Source of the DNA: Candidatus Cybelea sp.
GTDB taxonomy: Bacteria; Vulcanimicrobiota; Vulcanimicrobiia; Vulcanimicrobiales; Vulcanimicrobiaceae
Direction of reading: 5' to 3'
Length of the DNA: 64,000 nucleotides
Assembly: GCA_036269355.1 (NCBI GenBank)
Contig: DATASC010000100.1
Span: 1,474 to 65,473 of the forward strand
Part shown: piece after piece, positions 18,813 to 28,127 of the stretch
Numbering within the stretch: the first letter of the stretch is position 1
Layout of the letters: every line of letters begins with the position of its first letter
Made by a program: the position numbers and the translations under genes
The notes under the pieces: generated by a model
Told to the model about the DNA's origin: nothing
The model's input: the letters and a program-made list of their open reading frames with translations, nothing else
Database searches by the model: none

Positions 18813-20122
18813 GCGACTCCGGCACCCTCGACGTCGTCGTCGTCGGAGCCGGTGCCGCGGGTTTAGCGGCGGCTCGGCGCCTCACGAATGAATCGCGCCG
18901 CGTCGTCGTGATCGAAGCGCGGGATCGTGCCGGTGGGCGCGTTTGGCCGTTCGCCGCGGTTCCAGGATCGTGGGCCGAACTCGGCGCCGAGTTCATTCAT
19001 GGAAGCGCACCGCTAGCGTACGAGCTCTTGCGCGAGGCAAATCTTGGATGGGATCCGACCGAGGGCGAACGCTGGGGCCGGACGCCCGGCGGAACGCTTC
19101 AGCGCGAAGACGACTCGTTCGGTGCCGATCCCTCGCTCTTCGACGCGCTACGCGACTTATCGGACGACGTCAGCATGAGCGAGTATTTGGGGCGCTTTCA
19201 CGGCGATCCGCAAATGCGATCGCGCGTCGAATCGGCGATCGCATTTGCCGAAGGCTTCGATGCGGCCGATCCGCGAATCGCGAGCGCGCGCGCGATCGCG
19301 GCAGAGTGGAGCTCCGGCGTGGACGACCGTTCGACTCGGCCGCGCGGAACGTACCGACCGCTCTTCGATTTTCTGCTCGACACGTGCACGAAAAACGGAG
19401 CCAGGTTTCACTTCTCCACCGTCGTCGAGCGCATCGCGTGGAGCGCCGGGCGCGTCGAGATCGAGAGCAAAGACGCTCGCGGAGCGCTGCGCACGATTCG
19501 TGCGCGGGCGTGCGTCGTAACGCTCCCCGCCGGCGTCTTGCGGCATGCGGGCGATGCGACGGCGATCGCATTCGATCCGCCGCTGCCCGCGGACAAACGC
19601 CGAGCGCTCGAGCACGTCGAGACCGGCGACGTGGTCAAGGTCGCACTCTGGTTTCGATCGCGCTTCTGGGAGCATATCGAGAATGGCCGTTATCGTGACG
19701 CGGCGTTCTTTAGCACGGCCGGCGAGCCGCTCGCGGTCTATTGGAATGCGATTCCGCGACGCGATGCGATCGTCTGTGCCTGGAGCGGCGGCCCGCCCGC
19801 GACCGCGCTGCTTCGTTTATCGAGGGATGCACTCGTCGACCTCGCCGTTCGCGGCTTCGGCGCTCTTTTTGGGGAGGAGCGGCTCGCGCGCGAAGAGTTC
19901 GTCACGGGCGCCGTGCACGATTGGCGCGCCGATCCGTTCGCCCGCGGAGCCTATAGCTATCTGACGGTCGGCGCCGGCGACGCACGTGCGGTTCTCGGGG
20001 CTCCCGTAGAAGGCACGCTCTTCTTCGCGGGTGAAGCGACGGCGCTCGATGGCGAAGGCGGAACGGTGAACGGGGCGTTGCGGTCCGGCGATCGCGCGGC
20101 TCGGGAGATCGACTTAGCGTGA
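18809..20122 (+). CDS. flavin-containing amine oxidase (start codon uncertain)
   Basis: The track ORF starts at GTG 18908. However, the in-frame upstream sequence encodes the dinucleotide-binding motif DVVVVGAGAAGLAAARRL...VVVIEARDRAGGR (18830 onward). The C-terminal FFAGEAT motif is present. There is no ATG/GTG/TTG in frame between stop 18419 and 18908. Confidence 0.8.
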   Translation: MGDSGTLDVVVVGAGAAGLAAARRLTNESRRVVVIEARDRAGGRVWPFAAVPGSWAELGAEFIHGSAPLAYELLREANLGWDPTEGERWGRTPGGTLQREDDSFGADPSLFDALRDLSDDVSMSEYLGRFHGDPQMRSRVESAIAFAEGFDAADPRIASARAIAAEWSSGVDDRSTRPRGTYRPLFDFLLDTCTKNGARFHFSTVVERIAWSAGRVEIESKDARGALRTIRARACVVTLPAGVLRHAGDATAIAFDPPLPADKRRALEHVETGDVVKVALWFRSRFWEHIENGRYRDAAFFSTAGEPLAVYWNAIPRRDAIVCAWSGGPPATALLRLSRDALVDLAVRGFGALFGEERLAREEFVTGAVHDWRADPFARGAYSYLTVGAGDARAVLGAPVEGTLFFAGEATALDGEGGTVNGALRSGDRAAREIDLA

Positions 20123-20646
20123 TCGGGTCGGTCGCCGCTCTCGGGGCGTGGGCGACGTTCTACACCATGTTGGGATCGTCGGCCGCCGCGCTGACCGGCC
20201 TTATGTTCGTCGTGATTGGCATCGTGATGTCGTCGTCGCACTTCCGGCGGTCGATCGACGGGACGTCGGTCTTCAGCACCCCGATAGTCGTGCACTTCGG
20301 CGCGACGCTCTTCATCGCGGTGGTCGTCCTCGCACCCTGGCATTCGATGATCGTGCCGGCGGCGCTCTTCGCGATCGCCGGCCTCCTTGGAAACGCCTAC
20401 ATGCTGAGTCTCATGTACCGGACGCGCAACTTCGCGAACTATCGCGCCGACCTTGACGACTGGGCGTGGTACAACGTGCTGCCCTTCGTCGCCTACGGCG
20501 CGCTTGTCGGCGGCGGACTCTGGGCGCTCGCGGCCGCGGAGCGCGCCCTCTTCGTCGTCGCGGGCGCCGCGGTGCTCCTCACCTTCATCGGCCTCCGCAA
20601 CGCTTGGGACATCGTCACCTACATCGCGGTCAAGGACGTCGAGTAG
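20119..20646 (+). CDS. hypothetical integral membrane protein
   Basis: 175 aa with about 5 hydrophobic helices. GTGA overlap with the amine oxidase stop. Confidence 0.6.
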   Translation: MIGSVAALGAWATFYTMLGSSAAALTGLMFVVIGIVMSSSHFRRSIDGTSVFSTPIVVHFGATLFIAVVVLAPWHSMIVPAALFAIAGLLGNAYMLSLMYRTRNFANYRADLDDWAWYNVLPFVAYGALVGGGLWALAAAERALFVVAGAAVLLTFIGLRNAWDIVTYIAVKDVE

Positions 20647-21060
20647 CTAACGGCCGCTTCCGGGCTTCCCTTCCTGCGCCGCGAAGGTGTAGATCGATCC
20701 GCGAATCGTCGCGCTGCCGTGCATCTTGTTACCACTCATCGTGCCCCTGAACGTGATCTGTCTAATGATGAGGGTGACGTTCGAGCCGCTCAGTCCGCCC
20801 GAGACCGGGATGTTGTAACCGTTGGCAAACGGACTGCCCGGCCGCGTCGAGATGTCGGTGTACGTGCCGCTGATGATGCCGTTGTTGAAGTTCAGGTGCA
20901 GCTGTCCGACGTAAGGCGTCTGCGACGAATGCAGCGGGTGGAATCCGATGACGTATGGCACGTTGTGAGCGTTGCCCTGGACCGCGACCGCGCGGACGTT
21001 CGCCGGCATTGCAAACGGCGCCGCCATGAGCGCCACTGCGAGCAAGAATCGTCGAGTCAT
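20647..21060 (-). CDS. small secreted hypothetical protein
   Basis: Signal peptide MTRRFLLAVALMAAPFAMPANVRA. The mature part is beta-rich, with no recognised motif. Confidence 0.5.
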   Translation of the reverse strand: MTRRFLLAVALMAAPFAMPANVRAVAVQGNAHNVPYVIGFHPLHSSQTPYVGQLHLNFNNGIISGTYTDISTRPGSPFANGYNIPVSGGLSGSNVTLIIRQITFRGTMSGNKMHGSATIRGSIYTFAAQEGKPGSGR

Positions 21061-21095
21061 AAATACTTCCTCCAAATGTAGCCGCCGCGCGGCGC

Positions 21096-21923
21096 CTAGG
21101 TCTTTCGCTTATCGGCGAACGCCTTCGCAACTTTCAAAGGAATTGCGCCGCCCGGAATGACGAGATTGAGCGTTTCGGCTCCGATGTCGAAGAGCGTTTC
21201 GGGCTTCAGCAAGTTCGTTATCGCCGCCATGGCAGCGGAGGGCTGCGTCTGCAGTTCGCCGGTGATGGCGTCGACCGCGACTTCGGCGGTTTTCCCTTTC
21301 GGCGCCCAATCGAACTTAAAGTTGAACGTAGGCCGAAGGTAGAGGTCGATGCAGTCGACGTTCACTCGTTCTTCGCGCACCTGATCGGCATCCGCGGGGC
21401 GGATATCCTCGCCGAGCAGCGCGCGAATCACGGCCGACGCGCGGACCGACGGCGTCACGACCTTGGCGCCTTCCGGCGCGAACGCTTCGAGGCTCACGGG
21501 AACTGCCGGCGCTTTGAGGTACGATTGCGCTTTCACCGGTTGATTCGTCAATCCGTCGAGCCAGAGTTCCCGCTCTTCGTCGCGCTCGCAGTGCTCGACG
21601 ACCGGCAGTTCGATCGCGCCGGCCGCGACGGCATGCTCGTTGCCGCCCACAGTGACCGTGACGGTATGACGCGTCTTGACCTGGATCTTATACGATTCGC
21701 TGCGCTCGTAGACGAAGCGCAGATGCGCCTTGGCGTGCCAGAGGGGAAGATACCAGAGACCCTGATCGGAGACGGATATGTCGTCGTCTTTCGGCCGAGC
21801 GAAGAGCCGGGACAGCGTGCCGAACGCAGAGACCTTGTGCGCGCTCGCGCGGCCGCGCGCTTCTTCAGGCGTAATCAGCGGCTCGAAATAGAACGCGCCC
21901 TGCTCTGCGACTACTATCTCCAT
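21096..21923 (-). CDS. hypothetical protein (no recognisable domain)
   Basis: 275-aa ORF with balanced, non-shadow amino-acid composition. C-terminal hydrophobic/Gly segment LNLVIPGGAIPLKVAKAF. Confidence 0.6.
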   Translation of the reverse strand: MEIVVAEQGAFYFEPLITPEEARGRASAHKVSAFGTLSRLFARPKDDDISVSDQGLWYLPLWHAKAHLRFVYERSESYKIQVKTRHTVTVTVGGNEHAVAAGAIELPVVEHCERDEERELWLDGLTNQPVKAQSYLKAPAVPVSLEAFAPEGAKVVTPSVRASAVIRALLGEDIRPADADQVREERVNVDCIDLYLRPTFNFKFDWAPKGKTAEVAVDAITGELQTQPSAAMAAITNLLKPETLFDIGAETLNLVIPGGAIPLKVAKAFADKRKT

Positions 21924-22000
21924 GCGGCGCGGCTCCTAATGCGCATGAGTTCTTTATTATGCCGGACGCCCTCGCAGCCACCTGCAGGGGCCGGCCTGCG

Positions 22001-22693
22001 ATGCGGCGATGGAAGGTCGGTATGTTAGCGCAGAGTGCCGTTCTCGCCGCACTGCTTGCGGCCGCCCAACCCGCACAAACCGCAACCGGAATTCCGCTCG
22101 ATGCGCCGTGGAAGGTGACGATCTACGACCTCGCCCGTTCGAAGTTCCATCATCCGGCCTGGGGATGGCAACACTCTGAACGCAACTACCGCATCGCGAT
22201 CGAGCTCGCGCAAGGCGACGGCCTTCGGGTCGACACCGACGTGCTCTTCGCGGCCGCGTTCCTTCACGACATGTCTGCCTTTATGCCGTGTAAAGACGCG
22301 AAGCTCGAACACGGCGAATGCGCGGCCGAACAAAGCGGTGCGATCCTCAGTTCCGCCGGATTCCCGATGGCAAAGCTTCCAGCGGTTCAGGCAGCGGAGC
22401 GCGGCCACATGTACTACAGCAGCCCCGGAACGCAACCCGAGGCGATCGTTTTACACGACGCGGATTCGCTCGATTTTCTCGGCGACATCGGCGCCGCGCG
22501 GATGATCTCGCTTACCGGCGAAAGCGCCGAAAGCTTTGCGCGCGCCGTTAAAACGCTGCGGACCTTCGTGCGCGACATTCCGCCGCGTCTTATTACGAAG
22601 ACGGCGCAGCGCATGGGTGCGCAACGTGCGGCGGAGCTGCAGCGCTTTCTCGACGCGCTCGACGCTCAGACGTTCGACGGGCAAGCGATGTAA
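22001..22693 (+). CDS. HD-domain phosphohydrolase with signal peptide
   Basis: ORF 21959..22693; the ATG at 22001 gives MRRWKVGMLAQSAVLAALLAAAQPAQT. HD motifs WQHSERN, AAFLHDM and LHDADSLDFLG. Confidence 0.72.
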   Translation: MRRWKVGMLAQSAVLAALLAAAQPAQTATGIPLDAPWKVTIYDLARSKFHHPAWGWQHSERNYRIAIELAQGDGLRVDTDVLFAAAFLHDMSAFMPCKDAKLEHGECAAEQSGAILSSAGFPMAKLPAVQAAERGHMYYSSPGTQPEAIVLHDADSLDFLGDIGAARMISLTGESAESFARAVKTLRTFVRDIPPRLITKTAQRMGAQRAAELQRFLDALDAQTFDGQAM

Positions 22694-22737
22694 AACAAGC
22701 GAGGAGTTCGACCGGCACGCTGACAATCTAATCATTC

Positions 22738-24513
22738 ATGTGCAAAGGTTGTATAGGCGACGTCTTCGGGATTCAGAACGTATTTGCAACGGAACTTTCG
22801 CGCGGGCGTTTCATTGCAGGGTCGGCGGCCGCGGCCGGCTTCGCGGCCGTTGCCGGACGTCCCGCATACGCAGCGACCGGCGGCGCGGCCGCCGCGACCG
22901 TCTTCTCCAACGGCACGATCGTATCGATGGACGAACGATACTCGTCTGCCAAAGCGGTCGCAATCGCAAACGGAACGATTCTCGCGATCGGCGACCTCGA
23001 CGACGTCGTGCGCGCGGCCGGAGCCGGCGCTCAAAGCGTAAATCTCGACGGGCGCACGCTGATGCCGGGATTGATCGACCCCCACCAGCATCCGATTCCC
23101 GGCGGTATCATGCTCACGCAGATGACCGACGTCGGCTCCGACAGCTACAAGACGAAAGCCGACGTCCTCGCCGCGCTGAAAGCCAAGGCCGCTGGACTCC
23201 CGGCGGGTCAATGGATCTACGCCGACCTCTACGACAATTTGCTGCAGGGCGGCGACCTTACCATCGAAGAGCTCGACGGCGTCTCGACCGCACATCCTGT
23301 ATTCGTCTACTACGTCAGCATGCACACGGCCACGGGAAACTCGCTCGCGTTCAAGCTCGCCGGGGTAACGGCCTCGACCGCCGACCTTCCCGGCGGGGGC
23401 CACTTCGGAAAAGACGCGAGCGGCAATCTCAACGGTATGATCTTCGAGCCGCCCGCGCTGCAAAAGTTCGTCATCGGTTTGCCGAAGCTCTCGCTCGAGC
23501 TCGTCGGAAACGCGGTCAAGACGTTTCTCTATCAAAGCGCTGCGCTCGGCATCACGATGGTGCACGAGGCCGGCGCCTACGCGCCGAGCGTCGGCGCGCT
23601 CGAAGGCTACAAGGCGGTGATGGCGAGCTCGCCGGTGCGCTACAGCGCGAGCCCCGCGGTGGAGTTCCTCGACGCGGCGATGGAGTTCGTCAAGCCCTAC
23701 GGGTCGCCGGGCGCCAAGGCGCTGGAGATTCCGGGTACGCTGCTCTCGCTTTACGCAGTGAAGATCGTATCCGACGGTTCGCCGCAGCAAGAGACTGCGT
23801 TTCAGCTGGAGCCGTATCTCAACAGCACGAAGACCGGCCTGCCGAACTACACGGCCGAAGAACTCAACGCGCTCGTTCTCAAGGTGAAGAATGCGGGCTG
23901 GCCCGTTTCGATTCACTGCAACGGCGACGCGTCGCTGGAACGCGCGCTCGATGCCATCGCCGCAGCCTACGGATCCGCTCCGCCGCCGACGGGCATCAAT
24001 CGCATCGAGCACTGCACGCTGGCCAATCCCGACCAAATCGCGCGCATGAAAGCGATGAACGTGCAGCCGAGCCACTTGATGAACAACGTTTATTACTACG
24101 GCGCCGCGTATCGGGATCAGATATTCGGCGCTGAGCGCGCAAATCGGTTCAATCCCGCCGGAAGTTACTTAGCCGCAGGAATACCGTTTTCGATTCACAG
24201 CGACTGTCCGTGCTCGCCGGTAGCGCCGCTGCGCGAGATCGGTACGGCGGTCACGCGCATTTGTTCGACCGATGGCTCGGTAATCGGCGAGAACGAACGC
24301 GTGCCGATCGAGGCGGCGCTGCGCGGCATGACGACGGTTGCCGCCGCGCAGTGCGGCCTCGGCGAAAAAACCGGCTCGCTGACACCGGGCAAATATGCGG
24401 ACCTCGCTATTCTGGAGAGCAATCCGCTTACGACCGATCCCGGAAAACTCGGCGACATCAAAATCTCCGAGACGTGGGTCGCCGGGCAGCGAGTCGTGGT
24501 TCCTACCGGCTGA
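22738..24513 (+). CDS. amidohydrolase-family metallohydrolase (YtcJ/Amidohydro_3-like), exported
   Basis: Tat-like leader SRGRFIAGSAAAAGFAAVAGRPAYA. Motifs PGLIDPHQHP, IHCNGD, RIEHC and FSIHSDCP. Confidence 0.9.
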   Translation: MCKGCIGDVFGIQNVFATELSRGRFIAGSAAAAGFAAVAGRPAYAATGGAAAATVFSNGTIVSMDERYSSAKAVAIANGTILAIGDLDDVVRAAGAGAQSVNLDGRTLMPGLIDPHQHPIPGGIMLTQMTDVGSDSYKTKADVLAALKAKAAGLPAGQWIYADLYDNLLQGGDLTIEELDGVSTAHPVFVYYVSMHTATGNSLAFKLAGVTASTADLPGGGHFGKDASGNLNGMIFEPPALQKFVIGLPKLSLELVGNAVKTFLYQSAALGITMVHEAGAYAPSVGALEGYKAVMASSPVRYSASPAVEFLDAAMEFVKPYGSPGAKALEIPGTLLSLYAVKIVSDGSPQQETAFQLEPYLNSTKTGLPNYTAEELNALVLKVKNAGWPVSIHCNGDASLERALDAIAAAYGSAPPPTGINRIEHCTLANPDQIARMKAMNVQPSHLMNNVYYYGAAYRDQIFGAERANRFNPAGSYLAAGIPFSIHSDCPCSPVAPLREIGTAVTRICSTDGSVIGENERVPIEAALRGMTTVAAAQCGLGEKTGSLTPGKYADLAILESNPLTTDPGKLGDIKISETWVAGQRVVVPTG

Positions 24514-25555
24514 GCGTCGCTCCGTCCGGTTGATAGAAGCCGGTGATGGCCTTGGTTGCGGAACCGCCCGCGGGATAGCTCCAGTACCCTACTTCGGCAG
24601 CACTCGTGCCCGCATAGGTCGGCACGACGATCCGCGAACCGTGCTTGGTGATCCAGAACTGCCAGACCCATCCGGCGCCGTAAAGGGTTGTCGAACCGAG
24701 GACGCTGCCGCTCGAGCCTGAGACAGCGATTTGGTCGATCGTCGACGTCGCACCGGAACCGACAGCGAGATTCTGGCCGTCCCACTGAACGGGCCCCGCT
24801 TTCGGCAGCGTACCGCTCACGGCGATCGTTTGCACGGTCGTACTCTTCTTGGGCAGCTCGAACAACAGGAACTTACGCCCGATCTTGCTGTATGCGTCGC
24901 AATAAAGATTGCCCGCGTTGTCGTAGCCACAGCCCGGAATTCCGATCTGTCCCGACGGCTGATACGTCGTCGGCAAGCCCTGACCGCCGGGAAAGATCGC
25001 AATGAAGGCGGCGCACTCGGCGCAGCTTCCGTCGAAGGTCCCGAGCGCGAGGTCGCCCGTCCGCGGATTGACCGAGCAGTTCAGTTCGGGATATCCCGGC
25101 AAGCTGAGCGTTCGAATCGGCGAGGTTCCGCCGTGCGCGAAGACGTCGACGGTGAACCCGCCGCCATTAAGGATGTACACGTCGCCGCCCTTGTCGGAGC
25201 ACAGTCCCGACGGCGTGTTGAAGCCGGTTAGCGTCCCGACGAGCTGACCTTTCGGATAGGAGTAGACGTCGACGTCGCCCGTCGCCTCGTCGGCGACGTA
25301 GAGCAGCGTCGTCGATGCGGCGCCGCGCGCCATCCACGACCCGCGATGATTGGAGACCAGCTTCGCCGGCGACTCCAGTGCAAAAGCGTTTCCATGAACC
25401 TGAAGTTGCGCCGGCGAGCCGGCGCGCGAGAGACTCGACCCGCTCGCGCTTGCGGGAGCGGTAAGCGAATCGGAAAGATTGCCGGCGCACCCGGCTAAAA
25501 TAAAGGCGCCCGCGACGAGCGAAGCGGCGATACCACGCTGAACCAAAGAACGCAT
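24503..25555 (-). CDS. beta-propeller lipoprotein (paralog of N-terminal module of 37152..39932)
   Basis: ORF 24503..25717 trimmed to ATG 25555. Lipobox LAGC. Contains LLYVADEATGDVDVYSYPKG...GLCSDKGGDVYIL. Confidence 0.75.
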   Translation of the reverse strand: MRSLVQRGIAASLVAGAFILAGCAGNLSDSLTAPASASGSSLSRAGSPAQLQVHGNAFALESPAKLVSNHRGSWMARGAASTTLLYVADEATGDVDVYSYPKGQLVGTLTGFNTPSGLCSDKGGDVYILNGGGFTVDVFAHGGTSPIRTLSLPGYPELNCSVNPRTGDLALGTFDGSCAECAAFIAIFPGGQGLPTTYQPSGQIGIPGCGYDNAGNLYCDAYSKIGRKFLLFELPKKSTTVQTIAVSGTLPKAGPVQWDGQNLAVGSGATSTIDQIAVSGSSGSVLGSTTLYGAGWVWQFWITKHGSRIVVPTYAGTSAAEVGYWSYPAGGSATKAITGFYQPDGATLSR

Positions 25556-25588
25556 AACGATCTCCTTTTCCCGTACGCTACCAAGCCC

Positions 25589-25639
25589 CGTGAGAATCGC
25601 CAAGGTACGTGCGAGAATACGTACCGCCCGTGCGAAAAT
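25589..25639 (-). promoter_or_regulatory. three phased direct repeats plus hairpin in intergenic spacer
   Basis: CGTGAGAAT (25589), CGTGCGAGAAT (25608) and CGTGCGAAAAT (25629), spaced 19 and 21 nt. A 7-bp stem GGTACGT/ACGTACC lies at 25604-25625. Confidence 0.4.
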
Positions 25640-25643
25640 GTCC

Positions 25644-27284
25644 TTAAGCGAACGAGGGACGCCCGAGATCGCTCGCCTGCTCCTTGAATCGCCGATCGCC
25701 GGTGATCTTTGCGGCAAGCCGGCACGCGTCGCGTAAGATCAACGCCGAGCCGAGATCTTCAGCTGCGGGCAGCGTCGCCTCGATCAGCGCCCGCGCATCG
25801 CGCTCACGCTGCAGCGCCGACGCGACGGCCGCAGCGGCGAGTTGCCTCCGTACGACCAGCGCGGGATAGCGATCGGCCTCGCTCCCCCCGCCGAGCAGAA
25901 ATACCGCTCGGTCGTACGCGCCTCTACGCAACGCCCGCTCGAGATTCAAGTAGGCGACGAGAGCGCGATGGTAGCCGTCGCAGAGATCGAGCGGCTGCGT
26001 CTCGACGAGCGAAAGCCCGTACTCCCAGTATCGCGTCGAGAGCAGCACCATCGCAAGCTGCACGCGCACGTGCACGCGCACGGTTTCGCTCGGATGCCGG
26101 CCGACGAACGTCAGAGTGAAGCGCGCGACCTCCAGCGCTTCGTCGTCGTTTCCCGCGAACGCGTGGCACTGAACCATGGCGATGAGCGAGTCGCGACCAT
26201 CGAGCAGCGCGCCCGAGATCGATGCGAGCTCGAATCCTTTTGCGAGTCCTTCAAGACGCTGTGCGAGCGGATACCACGACTCCGAACTGATGAGCGAGTG
26301 ATTCCGCAGCTTCCATAGGCTATTGATCACGCGCGCCCGCAGCGGAAACGACTCCGTCCGCACGCGATGCAGGTTGGCGTTCGCGCGGCCAATCGCCTCA
26401 TAACTCTCGCCGAGCTCGCCGAAGTTCCAAAACGTAGCGCCGAGCTGCCAAAGACTCTCGACGTAGAGCTCGTTCACGTATGGTGCGCGCGACTCAGCAG
26501 CCCGTTCGAGATGCGAGACGGCTTTCTTCGCCTCGCGCAGGGCGCCGGCCGTATCGGCACGGCTGTACGCCAAGTCCGAACCGAGCAATGCGATGCTCCC
26601 GGACGCCGCATCGAGCCACGACTCGCGTTCGCGATGCGAAAGCTCGTCGCGCAAACGCAGCGCCGCCGCATAGGCTTCTTGTGCGCGATCCAGGTCGCCC
26701 ATTTCGCCCGCGATGATTCCGCTGATGCGCAGGGCTTCGATCTTTTGCGGCGGTGACGGCGCGGCGCGGACCAGGGCGTCGCACTCATCGAACGCGGTGG
26801 CGCGGTCGCTGCGCGTCGCGGCGAGCCGCGCCCGGTCGACCAGAAACTGGAACGAATCGAGCTTCGGCAAGTGGTTCGCGAAGGGAGCATCGTCACAATC
26901 GGCAAGGTAGCGCGCCAATCTCCGGCAGATCGCGGCCCGCTCGCGATAGCAGTGCTGCGGCGAGATGCCCAGCGCGGCCGCCACCTCGCGAAGCGGACGC
27001 CGCTCGAAGCACTGTTGCATAACGATCGTGTATTGCCGGAATGCACGCAGACTCTCGCCGCCGGAGGCGTCGTGATCGCGGAATCGCTCGGCCGCTCGGC
27101 GGAGTAGCCGATGAACGCGCTCGATCGCCGCGCGCTCGGCACGCACGCGATCGACGTCGGTCGTCGAGCTCTCGAAGAACCGACGCGCAAGCGGGTTCCT
27201 TTCGAGGACACGCGGCTCGTGCAAGTGCCGGAACAAATGTTTGGCCGCGGCGTCGAACGACGAGATCGTCTCTTTTCTGGGCAT
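25644..27284 (-). CDS. putative transcriptional regulator: sigma-70 region-4-like HTH plus helical-repeat (TPR-like) C-terminal domain
   Basis: 546 aa. N-terminal LHEPRVLERNPLARRFF, HTH RPLREVAAALGISPQHCYRERAAICRRLARYL, and a long alpha-helical C-terminus. Confidence 0.65.
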   Translation of the reverse strand: MPRKETISSFDAAAKHLFRHLHEPRVLERNPLARRFFESSTTDVDRVRAERAAIERVHRLLRRAAERFRDHDASGGESLRAFRQYTIVMQQCFERRPLREVAAALGISPQHCYRERAAICRRLARYLADCDDAPFANHLPKLDSFQFLVDRARLAATRSDRATAFDECDALVRAAPSPPQKIEALRISGIIAGEMGDLDRAQEAYAAALRLRDELSHRERESWLDAASGSIALLGSDLAYSRADTAGALREAKKAVSHLERAAESRAPYVNELYVESLWQLGATFWNFGELGESYEAIGRANANLHRVRTESFPLRARVINSLWKLRNHSLISSESWYPLAQRLEGLAKGFELASISGALLDGRDSLIAMVQCHAFAGNDDEALEVARFTLTFVGRHPSETVRVHVRVQLAMVLLSTRYWEYGLSLVETQPLDLCDGYHRALVAYLNLERALRRGAYDRAVFLLGGGSEADRYPALVVRRQLAAAAVASALQRERDARALIEATLPAAEDLGSALILRDACRLAAKITGDRRFKEQASDLGRPSFA

Positions 27285-27300
27285 GCGTCACTTCACCGGT

Positions 27301-28038
27301 TTAAAAACACTGAAGCCACTTGCCGGCGAGGTCCATCGGTTGGGAGCTCCTCGCGTCGTATCCGAAGACCATGTCGCGACCCAAGAGCGTTTGACAGCCG
27401 AGGTGCGGCCTTTCATCCGGGGCGAAGATGGGCCCGAGCTCCACCCACGTTATGTTGCCGTCCTGAATGAAGAGTACCCCGTAGTTTTTGAGATTCTTCT
27501 GCTCCGGCGGCATGTTCGTAATCGCGTCGAGCGACTGCTTGGCGAATGAGAACGCAGCTTGCACGTCCGGCGGAATCGGTCCGTCGGCCGGAATCGGCCC
27601 GGAGTAACGAATCTGCGCCGCGTGCCCCTGAACTACGCCTTCCTTTGCGGCGGGATCTTTGGGGTCGTAGGTGAAGAGCCCGCCGTTCGTGCTCATCGAA
27701 ATGGTGAGTTGCGTCAGATGGGCGAAGAGTTTGTCGACCAGCGAGATATGCATCGGATAGCCGAGCGGGTCGAACGCGTGACGCTTAACGAAGACGCCGA
27801 CAGGCGTGCTGCCCGACGGAACTCCCGAAAGCGGCGGCACGTTCAGCAGCTCGTTCGTTCCGATCGCCGGCGTACTCGTGAACCCAAACGTTCCTTGCGG
27901 CGTCTTGTAGATCCACGCCGCTATATCGCTAAAGGTGCCTTGCGCGTTTATTCGCAGCGGCGCTCCAGGCATCGGCGTAGGAGTTGCCGCGCAGAGCAAG
28001 ATGGCGGCGAACGGAGCCACAAAAGCGGTCATCCTCAT
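27301..28038 (-). CDS. secreted hypothetical protein
   Basis: Signal peptide MRMTAFVAPFAAILLCAATP; no known motif. Sits 16 nt upstream of the regulator gene. Confidence 0.55.
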   Translation of the reverse strand: MRMTAFVAPFAAILLCAATPTPMPGAPLRINAQGTFSDIAAWIYKTPQGTFGFTSTPAIGTNELLNVPPLSGVPSGSTPVGVFVKRHAFDPLGYPMHISLVDKLFAHLTQLTISMSTNGGLFTYDPKDPAAKEGVVQGHAAQIRYSGPIPADGPIPPDVQAAFSFAKQSLDAITNMPPEQKNLKNYGVLFIQDGNITWVELGPIFAPDERPHLGCQTLLGRDMVFGYDARSSQPMDLAGKWLQCF

Positions 28039-28127
28039 GCTGAATGGGTGCTTGGCAGGCGAAGAACGCCATCCCTGGCTTCAGTGTATAGGGCGCGTGC
28101 GGAGCGGGGCGAACTTGAGAACCAGTA

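Noticed and set aside
22536-24134. 532-aa (plus) and 447-aa (22732..24075, minus) ORFs overlapping the amidohydrolase gene
   Set aside because: Extremely Arg-rich with no domains. The 22738..24513 frame has the HxH / HCNGD / HSDCP metal-binding motifs.
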